Shown here one piece after another: positions 1-10,254 of a stretch of 64,000 nucleotides of DNA. Origin of the DNA: Candidatus Ryanbacteria bacterium RIFCSPLOWO2_12_FULL_44_26. GTDB taxonomy: Bacteria; Patescibacteriota; Minisyncoccia; Ryanbacterales; HO2-45-13. The number at the start of each line of letters is the position of its first letter. Within the stretch, counting starts at the first letter, position 1. The stretch is taken from assembly GCA_001821765.1 (NCBI GenBank), contig MHOA01000006.1, positions 4,389-68,388 on the forward strand, read 5' to 3'. Position numbers and translations under genes: made by a program. Under the pieces are notes generated by a model that saw only the letters and a list, made by a program, of their open reading frames with translations, was not told the origin of the DNA and did not search any database.

Positions 1-798
1 GGACGCGTGGCCCAAAAGCGCTTGTACCGACCGCAGATCCGCGCCGTTTATGAGCAGATCCGTTGCAAAAAGATGACGAAGCGTGTGAGGAGTCACTTTT
101 TTCGCGATGCCAGCTTTTACCGCGTAACGACCAATCAGCCGCTGTATCTGGCGGACTGTCAAGCGGCCGGGTTTTTTTTGCGTTCCCGCAAATAATGCTT
201 CCTCGGTGTCAGTCCTATGTTTTAGATATTCTTTAAGCGCTTCAGCGGCCCGCGGCGAAAGAAAAACCACCCGCACCCGGCCCCCTTTTCCTCGAATGGA
301 AAACTCCCCGCGCTTGAAGTTGATGGAATCACGATTCAGCGCGACGAGTTCCGATATCCGAAGTCCCGTTGAAAAAAGCAGTTCCAAAATGGTGCGGTTC
401 CGAAGCGATCCCAAGGACTGTCCTTGGGGAGCGGTAAGCAATCTTTCTACGTCCTCAATATCCGGAAGGTCAATGTCACGAGAAGGGAGTTTTGCAAGCT
501 CGATTTTCTCCGGCGCGAGCGTTTCAATATCGCGTCTCGCACAATACTTCAGAAAAGTCCTTAGGGCTATAAGATGATAACTTTGCGTCTTTCTTGAAAG
601 CGATTGTCCTTTATCATTAGTTGTACGATTCAGCCAAAGCCGAAACTTCCGCACACGTTCTTCCGTTATGTCTCTTGGCCGTTTGATTTTTGCCTGGTTT
701 AAAAAACGCTCCAAGTAATGCCTGTAGTTCGCAAGAGTGCGCGGCGAGCGACCGCGCTCAATTTCTAAGTATTCTAAAAATACTTTCAGTAACTTCAT
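1..798 (-). CDS. Tyrosine recombinase XerC/XerD family, truncated by the window edge (alternative start 813)
   Basis: Not in the ORF track. Manual minus-strand translation gives MKLLKVFLEYLEIERGRSPRTLANY... and ...VTPHTLRHLFATDLLINGADLRSVQALLGHAS (HxxRH and LGH motifs). Confidence 0.92.
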   Translation of the reverse strand, partial: MKLLKVFLEYLEIERGRSPRTLANYRHYLERFLNQAKIKRPRDITEERVRKFRLWLNRTTNDKGQSLSRKTQSYHLIALRTFLKYCARRDIETLAPEKIELAKLPSRDIDLPDIEDVERLLTAPQGQSLGSLRNRTILELLFSTGLRISELVALNRDSINFKRGEFSIRGKGGRVRVVFLSPRAAEALKEYLKHRTDTEEALFAGTQKKPGRLTVRQIQRLIGRYAVKAGIAKKVTPHTLRHLFATDLLINGADLRSVQALLGHAS

Positions 799-990
799 AG
801 GGCACGAATACATATGCAAATAACGATAATATGCGAATGATTCCCGGCGGTCCGCAAACTCTCATGCTTGTTTGTATAGTTGTGCTGATTCGTATATTTG
901 CGCATACTTCATCAAGTCGCACAATATTATACTTTCATTGTAGGGCTGTTGTAATATGCGTCAAATTATGTTATAGTCTAGCTATCGCTT

Positions 991-1257
991 ATGATTCCAA
1001 CAAAAGATAAGCAAAAAATCATCCAGTCCCACCGAAGACACGAGACTGACACCGGCTCTGCCGAAGTGCAGATAGCGGTTCTTTCGGAGGAAATAGACAG
1101 GCTGGCAAAACATCTTAAAAAACACCGCAAAGACAACCATTCCAGGCGTGGCCTTCTTGGCATGGTCGCCAAACGAAGGTCACTCCTTCGGTATTTATTA
1201 AGAGAAGACCCTAAAAAGTACGAATCAACGATAAAGAAACTGGGGCTGAAAAAATAA
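991..1257 (+). CDS. rpsO: 30S ribosomal protein S15
   Basis: DTGSAEVQIA...HKDNHSRRGLL-type motifs; lies upstream of pnp. Confidence 0.98.
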   Translation: MIPTKDKQKIIQSHRRHETDTGSAEVQIAVLSEEIDRLAKHLKKHRKDNHSRRGLLGMVAKRRSLLRYLLREDPKKYESTIKKLGLKK

Positions 1258-1772
1258 TGACAACTGTAAAACACAAGGACCAGCGAGTTGCCTTTTTTAT
1301 TGATGCACAGAATATGTATCACTCAGCCCGCAGCCTCTATAACGCCAGGGTCAACTTTAAAGAAGTTTTAAAAAGCGCCGTTGCCGGAAGGAAACTCATC
1401 CGCGCGTTCGGGTACGTGGTTAGAACAAAAACGGGAGAAGAGCGCGCTTTTTTTGACGCGCTGGTCAAGCTTGGCATTGAAACAAGAGTTCGGGACCTTC
1501 AAGAATTCTTGGGGGGCGTGAAAAAAGCAGACTGGGACGTCGGCATTGCAGTGGACGCCATACGCACAGCGGAAATCGTTGATACGATCATTCTTGCTTC
1601 GGGAGACGGGGATTTCATCCCTCTTTTAGAATATATTAAAAATCAGGGACGGCGCGTTGAAGTTATCGCTTTTGGGCGCAGCGCGTCCGGGAAATTAAAA
1701 GAAATGGCCGATGAATTTATTGATCTGGACTCGGCGCCGGAAAAATATCTGCTGAGAAAAGAAAAAAAATAA
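1257..1772 (+). CDS. NYN domain (LabA/DUF88, PIN-like) protein
   Basis: FIDAQN, KADWDVGIAVD and SGDGDF motifs; TAATG overlap with rpsO. Confidence 0.92.
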   Translation: MTTVKHKDQRVAFFIDAQNMYHSARSLYNARVNFKEVLKSAVAGRKLIRAFGYVVRTKTGEERAFFDALVKLGIETRVRDLQEFLGGVKKADWDVGIAVDAIRTAEIVDTIILASGDGDFIPLLEYIKNQGRRVEVIAFGRSASGKLKEMADEFIDLDSAPEKYLLRKEKK

Positions 1773-1788
1773 CAACGCGCAACAATGC

Positions 1789-3969
1789 ATGAAAAAAAAA
1801 GTATTTGAAACAATCATTGGGGGTGAAAAGCTGATCGCTGAATTCTCTCCGCTCGCCACGCAAACAAACGGATCGGTGCTTGTACGACACGGCGAAACAG
1901 TGGTGCTCGCAAACACGGTGATGTCAAAAAAACCAAACGAGGACGCGACGTATTTCCCGCTTAAGGTAGATTACGAGGAACGAATGTATGCGGCGGGACG
2001 CATACCGGGATCTCGCTTTTTAAGAAGAGAGGCGCGCCCTTCGGAGGAGGCAATACTTGTTTCTCGGTTTATCGACCGTTCCATAAGACCGTTGTTTGAT
2101 CAACGGATGCGTTATGATATTCAAGTGGTGGTGATGACGCTCTCGGTGGACAAAAAAAATGATCCCGATATGGCCGCAATGTTTGGAGCGACTCTTGCGC
2201 TTGCTGCTTCAGATATTCCGTGGGGGGGGCCGGTGGGAACGGTGCGCGTCGCTAAAAACGGACAAGGGTTTATCATAAACCCCACATATGAAGAGCGCGA
2301 AACCGCTGACTATGAACTTATTGTGTCCGGGAAAGAAAACAAGATCAACATGATAGAAGGAAAATCCAAGGGCGCAACGGAAAGAACAATGCTTGACGGA
2401 ATTGAGCACGCCAGCAGGGAAATCGGCAAACTCGTGGAGTTTCAAAAACACATCGTTTCAGAGATCGGGAAGGAAAAACAGATCCCGCAAATCCATAAAA
2501 TACCAAAAGAACTGGAAAGTCTTTTTACAAAAACGATCACACCGCGCGTTGAAGAAATATTTGCCGAGCCGCGCGATAAAAAAATATTCTACGAGCTTGT
2601 TGAAGATATACGAAGCGAATGGGAAAAGGGGGCTTTAACGGCGTTTCCTGACACACCCAACGATGTCATCTCCGATATGTTTGAAAGTGCGCTGGATAAA
2701 ACAACACACAACACCATACTGCAAAAGCGCAAACGCCCAGATGGACGAGCAACTGATGAAATACGTACGATCTACGCCGAGGCGGGAATACTGCCGCGCA
2801 CGCACGGATCGGGGCTTTTCTTCCGCGGAGATACGCACATCCTCTCTGTGGCAACGCTCGGTTCGCCCTCAGACGAACAGCTGATAGACACTATTGGGGT
2901 GAAAACCAGTAAGCGTTTTATGCATCATTATAACTTTCCACCCTTCTCGGTCGGAGAAATTAAAGCAATGCATGGCCCGGGAAGACGCGAAATAGGCCAC
3001 GGAGTGCTGGCGGAAAAAGCGCTTGAAACCGTTATTCCCTCAAAGGAAAGTTTCCCCTATGCCATTCGTATCGTTTCTGAAACGCTTTCTTCCAACGGCT
3101 CCTCGTCTATGGGTTCGGTTTGCGCCGGATCATTGGCGCTTATGGACGCCGGCATCCCGATATCAGAACCGGTGGCCGGCGTTGCAATGGGGCTTGTAAT
3201 GAACACAAAAGGAGAACATTGTGTTTTAACTGACATCCAAGGGCCGGAAGACCACTATGGAGACATGGATTGTAAAATTGCCGGAACCCGCAATCATGTA
3301 ACAGCGATGCAAATGGACGTAAAGATAGAAGGTGTTGCGATTGAGATTCTTGAAGAAACGTTTATTCAAGCAAAACATGCCCGTGAAACCATTCTCGATG
3401 ATATGCTAAAAGCCCTGCCGGCTCCAAGAGAAACGCTCTCACCGCATGCTCCGCGAATACTCAAGGTGGTTATTAATGTTGATAAGATTGGAGACGTCAT
3501 CGGCCCGGGAGGAAAAACAATCAACAGGATCGTTGAGGAAACCGGGGCGAAAATTGATATTGAGCAAGACGGAACAATATATGTTTTTTCAGAAAAAAAA
3601 GAATCGGCGGAGAAAGCGGCAGAAAAAATACGACAACTGACGCGGGAGTTTTCTGCGGGAGAAGTCTGCGAAGGCAAAGTAACACGCATCTTTCAGTTCG
3701 GAGCAATGGTTGAAATCGGACCCAATAGAGAAGGGCTTGTACATATTTCGGAGCTCGCCCCGTACAGGGTAGAAAAAGTAACCGATATTGTAAACATTGG
3801 CGATGCCGTTACGGTAAAAGTGATCGGGATTGATGAGTTGGGAAGGATCAACCTTTCCATAAAAGCGTTAAACAGCCCGGCCAATAAAAACGAAAACCGT
3901 TTTCACAAGGATAATAAAACTCATGTTGCGGGATCCAGAGAAAAATCAAGACGAGAGTTCTCAAAATAA
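1789..3969 (+). CDS. pnp: Polyribonucleotide nucleotidyltransferase
   Basis: Two RNase PH domains (RREIGHG, SNGSSSM), KH domain (IGPGGK) and S1 domain. Confidence 0.98.
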   Translation: MKKKVFETIIGGEKLIAEFSPLATQTNGSVLVRHGETVVLANTVMSKKPNEDATYFPLKVDYEERMYAAGRIPGSRFLRREARPSEEAILVSRFIDRSIRPLFDQRMRYDIQVVVMTLSVDKKNDPDMAAMFGATLALAASDIPWGGPVGTVRVAKNGQGFIINPTYEERETADYELIVSGKENKINMIEGKSKGATERTMLDGIEHASREIGKLVEFQKHIVSEIGKEKQIPQIHKIPKELESLFTKTITPRVEEIFAEPRDKKIFYELVEDIRSEWEKGALTAFPDTPNDVISDMFESALDKTTHNTILQKRKRPDGRATDEIRTIYAEAGILPRTHGSGLFFRGDTHILSVATLGSPSDEQLIDTIGVKTSKRFMHHYNFPPFSVGEIKAMHGPGRREIGHGVLAEKALETVIPSKESFPYAIRIVSETLSSNGSSSMGSVCAGSLALMDAGIPISEPVAGVAMGLVMNTKGEHCVLTDIQGPEDHYGDMDCKIAGTRNHVTAMQMDVKIEGVAIEILEETFIQAKHARETILDDMLKALPAPRETLSPHAPRILKVVINVDKIGDVIGPGGKTINRIVEETGAKIDIEQDGTIYVFSEKKESAEKAAEKIRQLTREFSAGEVCEGKVTRIFQFGAMVEIGPNREGLVHISELAPYRVEKVTDIVNIGDAVTVKVIGIDELGRINLSIKALNSPANKNENRFHKDNKTHVAGSREKSRREFSK

Positions 3970-4828
3970 ACCAAAAGGTAAAAAAAGACCTCTATCAGTC
4001 CATACATTGAGAACGGACGCAGCGGAACTCCTGCAGAAAAAAGACGTTTCCCTTATAGACATGATTGCGAGGGAGCAAGAGCGCCGGAGCGAAAAAGCCG
4101 AGTTTGCCAAGCCTTATCAACAGGCAAGGGCGGTTTCCAAAACGGTCATCATATATTCGGCAGTTGCGGTGTTGATCATTATTGGTGCGATTGTGTTAAC
4201 GGTTTCCCTCAAACGAGACGACGGAGCGCTGACAGAACCGGACATCCCAAAACCGTTCCTTGTAGTAAATACGCAAACCGTGCTCTCTGCCAGGCAAAAC
4301 GATCCGACAGAAGTAACAGAAAAAATAAATACCCTCAAGAGAGACCGCCTGCCGGTTGGGGAAGTGAGGTATATACCGATAAAAATTGAACAGTTTGGGC
4401 TGGGATCAAGATTTGCAACGGCAGAAGAATTTTTTGAACTGGCCGGACTAAGTCCGCCGCAGCGCTTTATTGAAAGCGCAAGAGGCAGGTGGAATCTTTA
4501 CCTTTATTATGGGCGCAACGATGAAGACGTTGTATTTGTTTTTGAGACCAACGAGCATGCCGGGGCGCTTGCGGGATTGCTTGCATGGGAGCCGCGACTT
4601 CCTTTTGATTTTATCCGTTTTAGCTCGGCAGCGACTTCGCCAACATCATTCTTCTTTCAAGATAAAGTAATAAAGAACATTGATGCCCGCGTTGTATTTT
4701 CGCAGAAAGAAGGGGAAACACATCCCGCGTATGCTATCTTCGCTAATAAATTTGTCATACTGGCCGGCTCCGAAAATGCGCTTGAAAATATATTAAAACG
4801 GTTTATAGCTGGCCCAATCCGCGCCTAG
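3923..4828 (+). CDS. Hypothetical single-pass membrane protein (start uncertain)
   Basis: 301-aa ORF with one hydrophobic helix (VIIYSAVAVLIIIGAIVLTV). Confidence 0.7.
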   Translation: MLRDPEKNQDESSQNKPKGKKRPLSVHTLRTDAAELLQKKDVSLIDMIAREQERRSEKAEFAKPYQQARAVSKTVIIYSAVAVLIIIGAIVLTVSLKRDDGALTEPDIPKPFLVVNTQTVLSARQNDPTEVTEKINTLKRDRLPVGEVRYIPIKIEQFGLGSRFATAEEFFELAGLSPPQRFIESARGRWNLYLYYGRNDEDVVFVFETNEHAGALAGLLAWEPRLPFDFIRFSSAATSPTSFFFQDKVIKNIDARVVFSQKEGETHPAYAIFANKFVILAGSENALENILKRFIAGPIRA

Positions 4829-4931
4829 TATTGACCGAAAAGAACCAAAGCTGCCTTCAAAAAACACATGTTATACAAACACAATACATCACAAGCATGT
4901 CTTGGGGAACTGATTGAGATATAATAATACT

Positions 4932-5288
4932 ATGAAAAACGTTGAGGAATTTAAAAAACAACTCGAAAACGAAAAGCGCGAACTGGAGAAAACGCTGGGT
5001 TCAATAGGACACAAAACGAAGGTCGGCGGAAAAGAAGATTGGGTTCCCTCATACCCCGATCTTAACCCGATGCAATCGGATAAAAGCGAGATGGCGGATG
5101 AAGTTGAGGAATTTGAAAACCGCATCGGCATTGAGGGCAAGCTCGAGGAGCGCTTAGACGACATACATGCGGCCTTAAAACGCATTGAAGACGGAACGTA
5201 CGGGATATGCGAGGAAGGAGGAGAACAAATAGAACCCGAACGGCTCCGAGCAAATCCCGCTGCCCGCACCTGCATTCAGCACGCATAA
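4932..5288 (+). CDS. DksA/TraR family protein
   Basis: Coiled coil followed by ALKRIEDGTYGICE...ERLRANPAARTC; TATAAT 6 nt before the ATG. Confidence 0.88.
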   Translation: MKNVEEFKKQLENEKRELEKTLGSIGHKTKVGGKEDWVPSYPDLNPMQSDKSEMADEVEEFENRIGIEGKLEERLDDIHAALKRIEDGTYGICEEGGEQIEPERLRANPAARTCIQHA

Positions 5289-5385
5289 AATTGCTGGTTT
5301 ATCTTTTGTTATGGAGACTTTGCCTTCTACGATCTTGCAAACTACAGATTTTTGACTTTAGACGTTAGATTATTACACTGATGCT

Positions 5386-6927
5386 ATGGCCGTAAGCATA
5401 AAATCAGGGCAGGTGGTTGGCCTTGAAGGGGTGCCTATAGATGTAGAGGTTGATTTATCCCAAGGACTGCACCGATACTCACTGGTGGGGCTTCCGGACA
5501 AAGCTGTTGACGAAGCGCGGGAACGTATTTCTGCAGCTATAAAAAACTCCGGGCTTAGGCCGCCACACAAAAAGAACCAGCGCGTAACGATTAACCTTGC
5601 CCCTGCGGATTTAAGAAAAGAGGGTCCGCTTTTTGATCTTCCCATCGCCTTAGCGTATGTCCTTGCCTCCAAACAAGCTGCTTTTGTTGCGGACAAAAAA
5701 ATGTTTATAGGGGAACTGGCGCTCGACGGAACACTAAGAAGAGCGCGCGGCGTACTCCCCCTTGCCATAGCGGCGGAACGAATGGGAGTAGAGGAGCTTT
5801 TTGTTCCGAAAGGAAACGGAAAAGAAGCGGCGTTTGTATCCAATATACAGGTGGTGGAAGCGACGTGTTTAAGCGACGTGCTAGATCATCTCGAGGGGCG
5901 TGTTGTCATACCACCGCTCCCCCAAACTCGCTTTCAACCGGAATCAAAAATACTGGAATACGGATTTGAAGACATTAAAGGACAGGAGAGCGCCAAACGA
6001 GCGGCAGAAATAGCTGCTGCAGGCGCACACCATATAGCGCTGTCAGGTCCTCCGGGAACCGGGAAAACCTTGCTGGCAAGGGCAATGCCATCAATCCTTC
6101 CTCCCATTTCATTTACAGAAGCGTTAGAGGTAACCGCAATCTATAGCGTTGCCGGCAAAGAGGAAAAGGCGTTGTCATCTGGGGGACTTGTCAACATTCG
6201 CCCCTTTCGCGCGCCGCACCACACCGCTTCCTACGCCGCGCTTGTGGGCGGGGGACACGTTCCGCGGCCGGGAGAGATAACGCTCGCGCACCGCGGCGTG
6301 CTTTTCTTAGATGAATTTCCCGAGTTTGAAAACAGAAGTATTGAGGCGCTTCGCGAGCCGCTGGAAGAGGGGGTTATTTCAATATCGCGCGTCAAAAGCT
6401 CAACCGCGTTTCCCGCAAGAATTCTGCTTGTTGCGGCAATGAACCTGTGTCCCTGCGGAAACAGAGGAACCGGAAAGGACTGTGTTTGCAGTGCCCGACA
6501 TTTAGCGCGGTATGCGAAACGCATCTCCGGCCCCATCATTGACCGCATTGATCTTTGGGCACAGGTGCCGCACCTAGACCACAAAAAACTGGAAAGCGCT
6601 GAAAAAACCGAAACATCCCAAACGGTCCAAAAACGAGTACATAGCGCCCGTATGATCCAGTCAGAACGATTCAGCAAAACCGTCCCAAACACCAATAGCG
6701 AGATCGGGGTGAGAGAAATAAAAACATATTGTCCGCTGTCTTTGCCTTGTAAAACACTGCTTCAAAACGCGGCCAGCAACCTCCAACTCTCCGCGCGTTC
6801 ATACCACCGCATGATAAAGGTCGCTCGCACCATCGCCGATCTTGAAAACTCCGGTGAAATAAAAGAAGCGCATCTTCTTGAAGCGCTCCAATATAGACCC
6901 CGATTGGATGAGTTGGCCTACGGTTAA
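5386..6927 (+). CDS. comM: YifB/ComM Mg-chelatase-like AAA+ ATPase
   Basis: VGLPDKAVDEARER, GPPGTGKT, LAHRGVLFLDE and LSARSYHR motifs. Confidence 0.93.
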   Translation: MAVSIKSGQVVGLEGVPIDVEVDLSQGLHRYSLVGLPDKAVDEARERISAAIKNSGLRPPHKKNQRVTINLAPADLRKEGPLFDLPIALAYVLASKQAAFVADKKMFIGELALDGTLRRARGVLPLAIAAERMGVEELFVPKGNGKEAAFVSNIQVVEATCLSDVLDHLEGRVVIPPLPQTRFQPESKILEYGFEDIKGQESAKRAAEIAAAGAHHIALSGPPGTGKTLLARAMPSILPPISFTEALEVTAIYSVAGKEEKALSSGGLVNIRPFRAPHHTASYAALVGGGHVPRPGEITLAHRGVLFLDEFPEFENRSIEALREPLEEGVISISRVKSSTAFPARILLVAAMNLCPCGNRGTGKDCVCSARHLARYAKRISGPIIDRIDLWAQVPHLDHKKLESAEKTETSQTVQKRVHSARMIQSERFSKTVPNTNSEIGVREIKTYCPLSLPCKTLLQNAASNLQLSARSYHRMIKVARTIADLENSGEIKEAHLLEALQYRPRLDELAYG

Positions 6928-6966
6928 TGCTCCACGCATCCCAACAACAGAATGTTTGACGTTAGA

Positions 6967-8070
6967 CTAAAACGGATTTCTTGCCCCGCGGACCTCAAAA
7001 TGTACATGGCAGCCGGTTGACCTCCCTGATGTCCCAACAGTCCCTATCTGCTGACCTTTCAGCACAAACCATCCGGGCGCCGCATAGACGGACTGCATAT
7101 GGCTATAGACCGTTTGCGTTCCGTTGGGGTGAGCGATCGCCACATATCTTCCGTATCCTCCGTTCCACCCAGAACTCCGTGCGGTAATAACGTTTCCGGA
7201 CGCAGAAGCGTACAGCGGCGCGCCGCACGAGGTTGCAAGGTCAACAGCGTTAAATCCGTGAAGCCCGTATGTCTTTCTGCCCCCGCTAATGGGGCGCATA
7301 AAGTAACCATCAATAAGTGATCCTTCGCTTTCAACCACGTAGTGCGCGCCGGATGCCTGTGGAATCCTTAAATCAACATTCGGGATAATAATATCCTGTC
7401 CTGCTTTAATATCCTCAGCGGAAACAAGCTCGTTAAAAATTAAAATCTCGCTTTCGTCCGCTTCATACTTATTCGCAATTGACCCAATGGTCTCTCCCTC
7501 CTTCACTGTATGCTTGACGCCGGTCACGGGGAGAATGACCAAAACATCTCCCGGACGGATCAAGTCCGCACGTTTTAAGTTGTTTGCCCAAAATATCGTT
7601 CCAATGCTTACATCAAAGGTGTCCGCGATAACAGACAGGTTATCGCCTTCGCGCACCGTATAGGTTGTAATATTAGATGACCGTATCCCGTCCGCATCGG
7701 CAACATTCCCGAGCGGCCCGACAACAGGCAACAGGGCGTTACCCCCGGCATACTGAAGCAACGCTCCCCCGACTCCGGTTGCCAGCTTTTCATTGTTTGC
7801 CGGATCTAAAAAGGGCCCTTGCCCTATATCAGAAAAGGCTGCGGCATAAGAAGCGGTCTTCACCAACGCATCAGAGCGGGAAAAGATGTTTTTTACAAAA
7901 TCACCAAAGCTAAAGGCGCTTGCGAGCGACGGCAACATCAAAAAAAGGACAAACAGCCCCGTAGCACCCACCTTTGTTCTTCCCAGCATCGGACGATCGG
8001 CTCCGTTATTCAGTTTTCGGTTTGTACCAATAGGTAAAATTTCCTCTTTAGTAACCTTTCCTTCGACCAA
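6967..8070 (-). CDS. LysM + M23 metallopeptidase (start may be 7989)
   Basis: Two LysM repeats (YTVREGDNLS, HTVKEGETIG); HGFNAVD and HVHFEV motifs. Confidence 0.92.
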   Translation of the reverse strand: MVEGKVTKEEILPIGTNRKLNNGADRPMLGRTKVGATGLFVLFLMLPSLASAFSFGDFVKNIFSRSDALVKTASYAAAFSDIGQGPFLDPANNEKLATGVGGALLQYAGGNALLPVVGPLGNVADADGIRSSNITTYTVREGDNLSVIADTFDVSIGTIFWANNLKRADLIRPGDVLVILPVTGVKHTVKEGETIGSIANKYEADESEILIFNELVSAEDIKAGQDIIIPNVDLRIPQASGAHYVVESEGSLIDGYFMRPISGGRKTYGLHGFNAVDLATSCGAPLYASASGNVITARSSGWNGGYGRYVAIAHPNGTQTVYSHMQSVYAAPGWFVLKGQQIGTVGTSGRSTGCHVHFEVRGARNPF

Positions 8071-8193
8071 ACCGTCCCTTATAAAGGTATATATGGAACG
8101 GTGGTGTTATCTTTTCAATTCCGGCTACGTCATATATGGTAGCAGAAAACAGGCCGATGTTCAACAAACCTGTGGAGAGTAAAAATCGTTACT

Positions 8194-10164
8194 ATGCAAC
8201 ACTTTTCAGACATCCTTTCTGGCTTAAATGAGCGCCAAAAAGAAGCGGTTCTTACAACCGAGGGCCCGCTGTTGGTGCTGGCTGGCGCCGGATCGGGCAA
8301 AACAAAGGTTATCGCCCACCGCATTGCCCAAATCATTCAAAGGGGCGCCAGCCCTAAGCGCATTCTTGCGATCACCTTCACAAACAAAGCGGCGGAGGAG
8401 ATGAAAATCCGAATTGCCCAACTGCTCCTGGCGGACGGCAAAAGCGGGAGCGCCGCGAGCCGCAAATCTCCATCTCCAGACTCCATGCCGTTTGTGGGAA
8501 CGTTCCACGCGCTCGGGGTTCAAATTCTAAAAAGGCACGGCTCGCGGATGCTTATTCCGCAAAACTTCACCATTCTTGACGAGAGCGACACAAAGCAGGT
8601 ATGCAAAGAACTGGGGGAGGAGCTTGCACTTGACACAGACACATACGATACAGAACGCCTCCGCGCTTCTATATCAAGATTAAAAAACGAACTGATCAGT
8701 GCCGCTGATTTTGCACGCGAAAGCGCTCAAGAAGATGAACGTGCGTATGAAGCTATCCTGTCAAAAATGTACAGCGCCTACGAAGCTCGACTTTTTAAAA
8801 CAGGAAGCCTTGATTTTGATGACCTTTTAATAAAAACGGTGTTTCTTTTAGAAACGCAAAAAGACGTTCTGGGATATTGGCAAAAACAGTGGGACTATAT
8901 TCATATTGACGAATACCAAGACACCAACAAGGCGCAGTATGCTGTATCACTGCTGCTTGCGCGGGAACATAAAAACATTGCGGTTGTCGGGGACATCGAT
9001 CAGGCCATTTATTCGTGGCGCGGGGGAGACACCAGAAACATTTCCTATTTTGAGCGCGACTTTCCCAACGCCCGCGTCATTGCGCTTGAAGACAACTACC
9101 GCTCAACAAAAATAATTCTTGAAGCGGCACATAATGTTATCGTACATAATGCGCAAAGAAAAAACATCACACTTAGAACCAAAAACCCAGACGGCGAACG
9201 CATAACGATAAGAGTCTTGGAAAACGAAAAGAAAGAAGCGGAAACGATTGTACAAGACATCGGCGCTTTACAACAAAGCGGCGTTCCTTTCAGCGACATC
9301 GCTGTGCTTTTTAGAACAAACGCTCAATCGCGCGCGATTGAGGAAGCATTCGTTCAATCAGCCGTCCCGTACAAACTGGTGGCGGGGGTTCGTTTTTATG
9401 AACGAAAAGAAATAAAGGATGTTCTTTCTTATATAAGATATATCGCAAACAAAAAAGATACACTCGCCCTCAAAAGGATCATCAATACGCCCCTAAGAGG
9501 AATAGGGGCGGTGCTTGCGGCAAAGTATGTTGCCCAAAAACCCTTAAAAGACAATGAAAAAGCAAGGATTGGGCAATTTGAGAACATGATAAAAGACATC
9601 AGCGACGTCGCTAAAACAAAAAAAATCCGCGAACTCCTAAAATATGTTATTTTAAGGGCCGGTTTTAAAAAGCACCACTCCAAAACAGACGACGGGAAAG
9701 ACCGCATTAAAAACATTGAAGAACTCATCACTGTTGCAGATAAGTTTGAGGGTCTTACGCCAAAAGAAAGCATGGAAAAATTTTTAGAAGAAGCCGCGCT
9801 TATGAGCGAACAAGACCTCATCGCACAAGGGAGCGAAAAGGTGCACCTCCTCACCGCACACGCGGCGAAGGGGCTTGAATTTAGAGTTGTGATCATTGCC
9901 GGCATGGAAGAAGGTCTTTTCCCTCATGTGCTTTCCCAAGAAGAAGGAAGAACAGAAGAAGAGCGAAGACTTTTTTATGTGGCTCTTACCAGAGCAAAAG
10001 AAAAAGTGGTCATTACCCTTACCACAAGAAGAATGTTGTGGGGAGAGCTGCTGTTTAACGACCCTTCACGATTCTTAAGAGAAATCCCCCAACATCTCAC
10101 CACTATCAACGAATACAAGGAAGCGTTAGAAGAGGAGTCCGGGGAAACGATACATTATTCATGA
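8194..10164 (+). CDS. pcrA: UvrD/PcrA SF1 DNA helicase
   Basis: AGAGSGKT, DEYQDTN, NYRST, HAAKGLEF and EERRLFYVALTRA motifs. Confidence 0.95.
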   Translation: MQHFSDILSGLNERQKEAVLTTEGPLLVLAGAGSGKTKVIAHRIAQIIQRGASPKRILAITFTNKAAEEMKIRIAQLLLADGKSGSAASRKSPSPDSMPFVGTFHALGVQILKRHGSRMLIPQNFTILDESDTKQVCKELGEELALDTDTYDTERLRASISRLKNELISAADFARESAQEDERAYEAILSKMYSAYEARLFKTGSLDFDDLLIKTVFLLETQKDVLGYWQKQWDYIHIDEYQDTNKAQYAVSLLLAREHKNIAVVGDIDQAIYSWRGGDTRNISYFERDFPNARVIALEDNYRSTKIILEAAHNVIVHNAQRKNITLRTKNPDGERITIRVLENEKKEAETIVQDIGALQQSGVPFSDIAVLFRTNAQSRAIEEAFVQSAVPYKLVAGVRFYERKEIKDVLSYIRYIANKKDTLALKRIINTPLRGIGAVLAAKYVAQKPLKDNEKARIGQFENMIKDISDVAKTKKIRELLKYVILRAGFKKHHSKTDDGKDRIKNIEELITVADKFEGLTPKESMEKFLEEAALMSEQDLIAQGSEKVHLLTAHAAKGLEFRVVIIAGMEEGLFPHVLSQEEGRTEEERRLFYVALTRAKEKVVITLTTRRMLWGELLFNDPSRFLREIPQHLTTINEYKEALEEESGETIHYS

Positions 10165-10254
10165 CGAAACATTTTCACTTTAATTGCCTATGTTTGTTTG
10201 GTTATTGTTTCTCACTGTTGATTATTTTTTCAGTTTCATGACCAGTCGCCGCTT

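Noticed and set aside
7-577. Plus-strand ORFs 7..195 and 206..577
   Set aside because: They are antisense shadows of the minus-strand tyrosine recombinase.
1-798. Recombinase as a prophage or ICE integrase
   Set aside because: It looks like a housekeeping Xer protein next to rpsO-pnp; no att site or phage genes are seen on this side.
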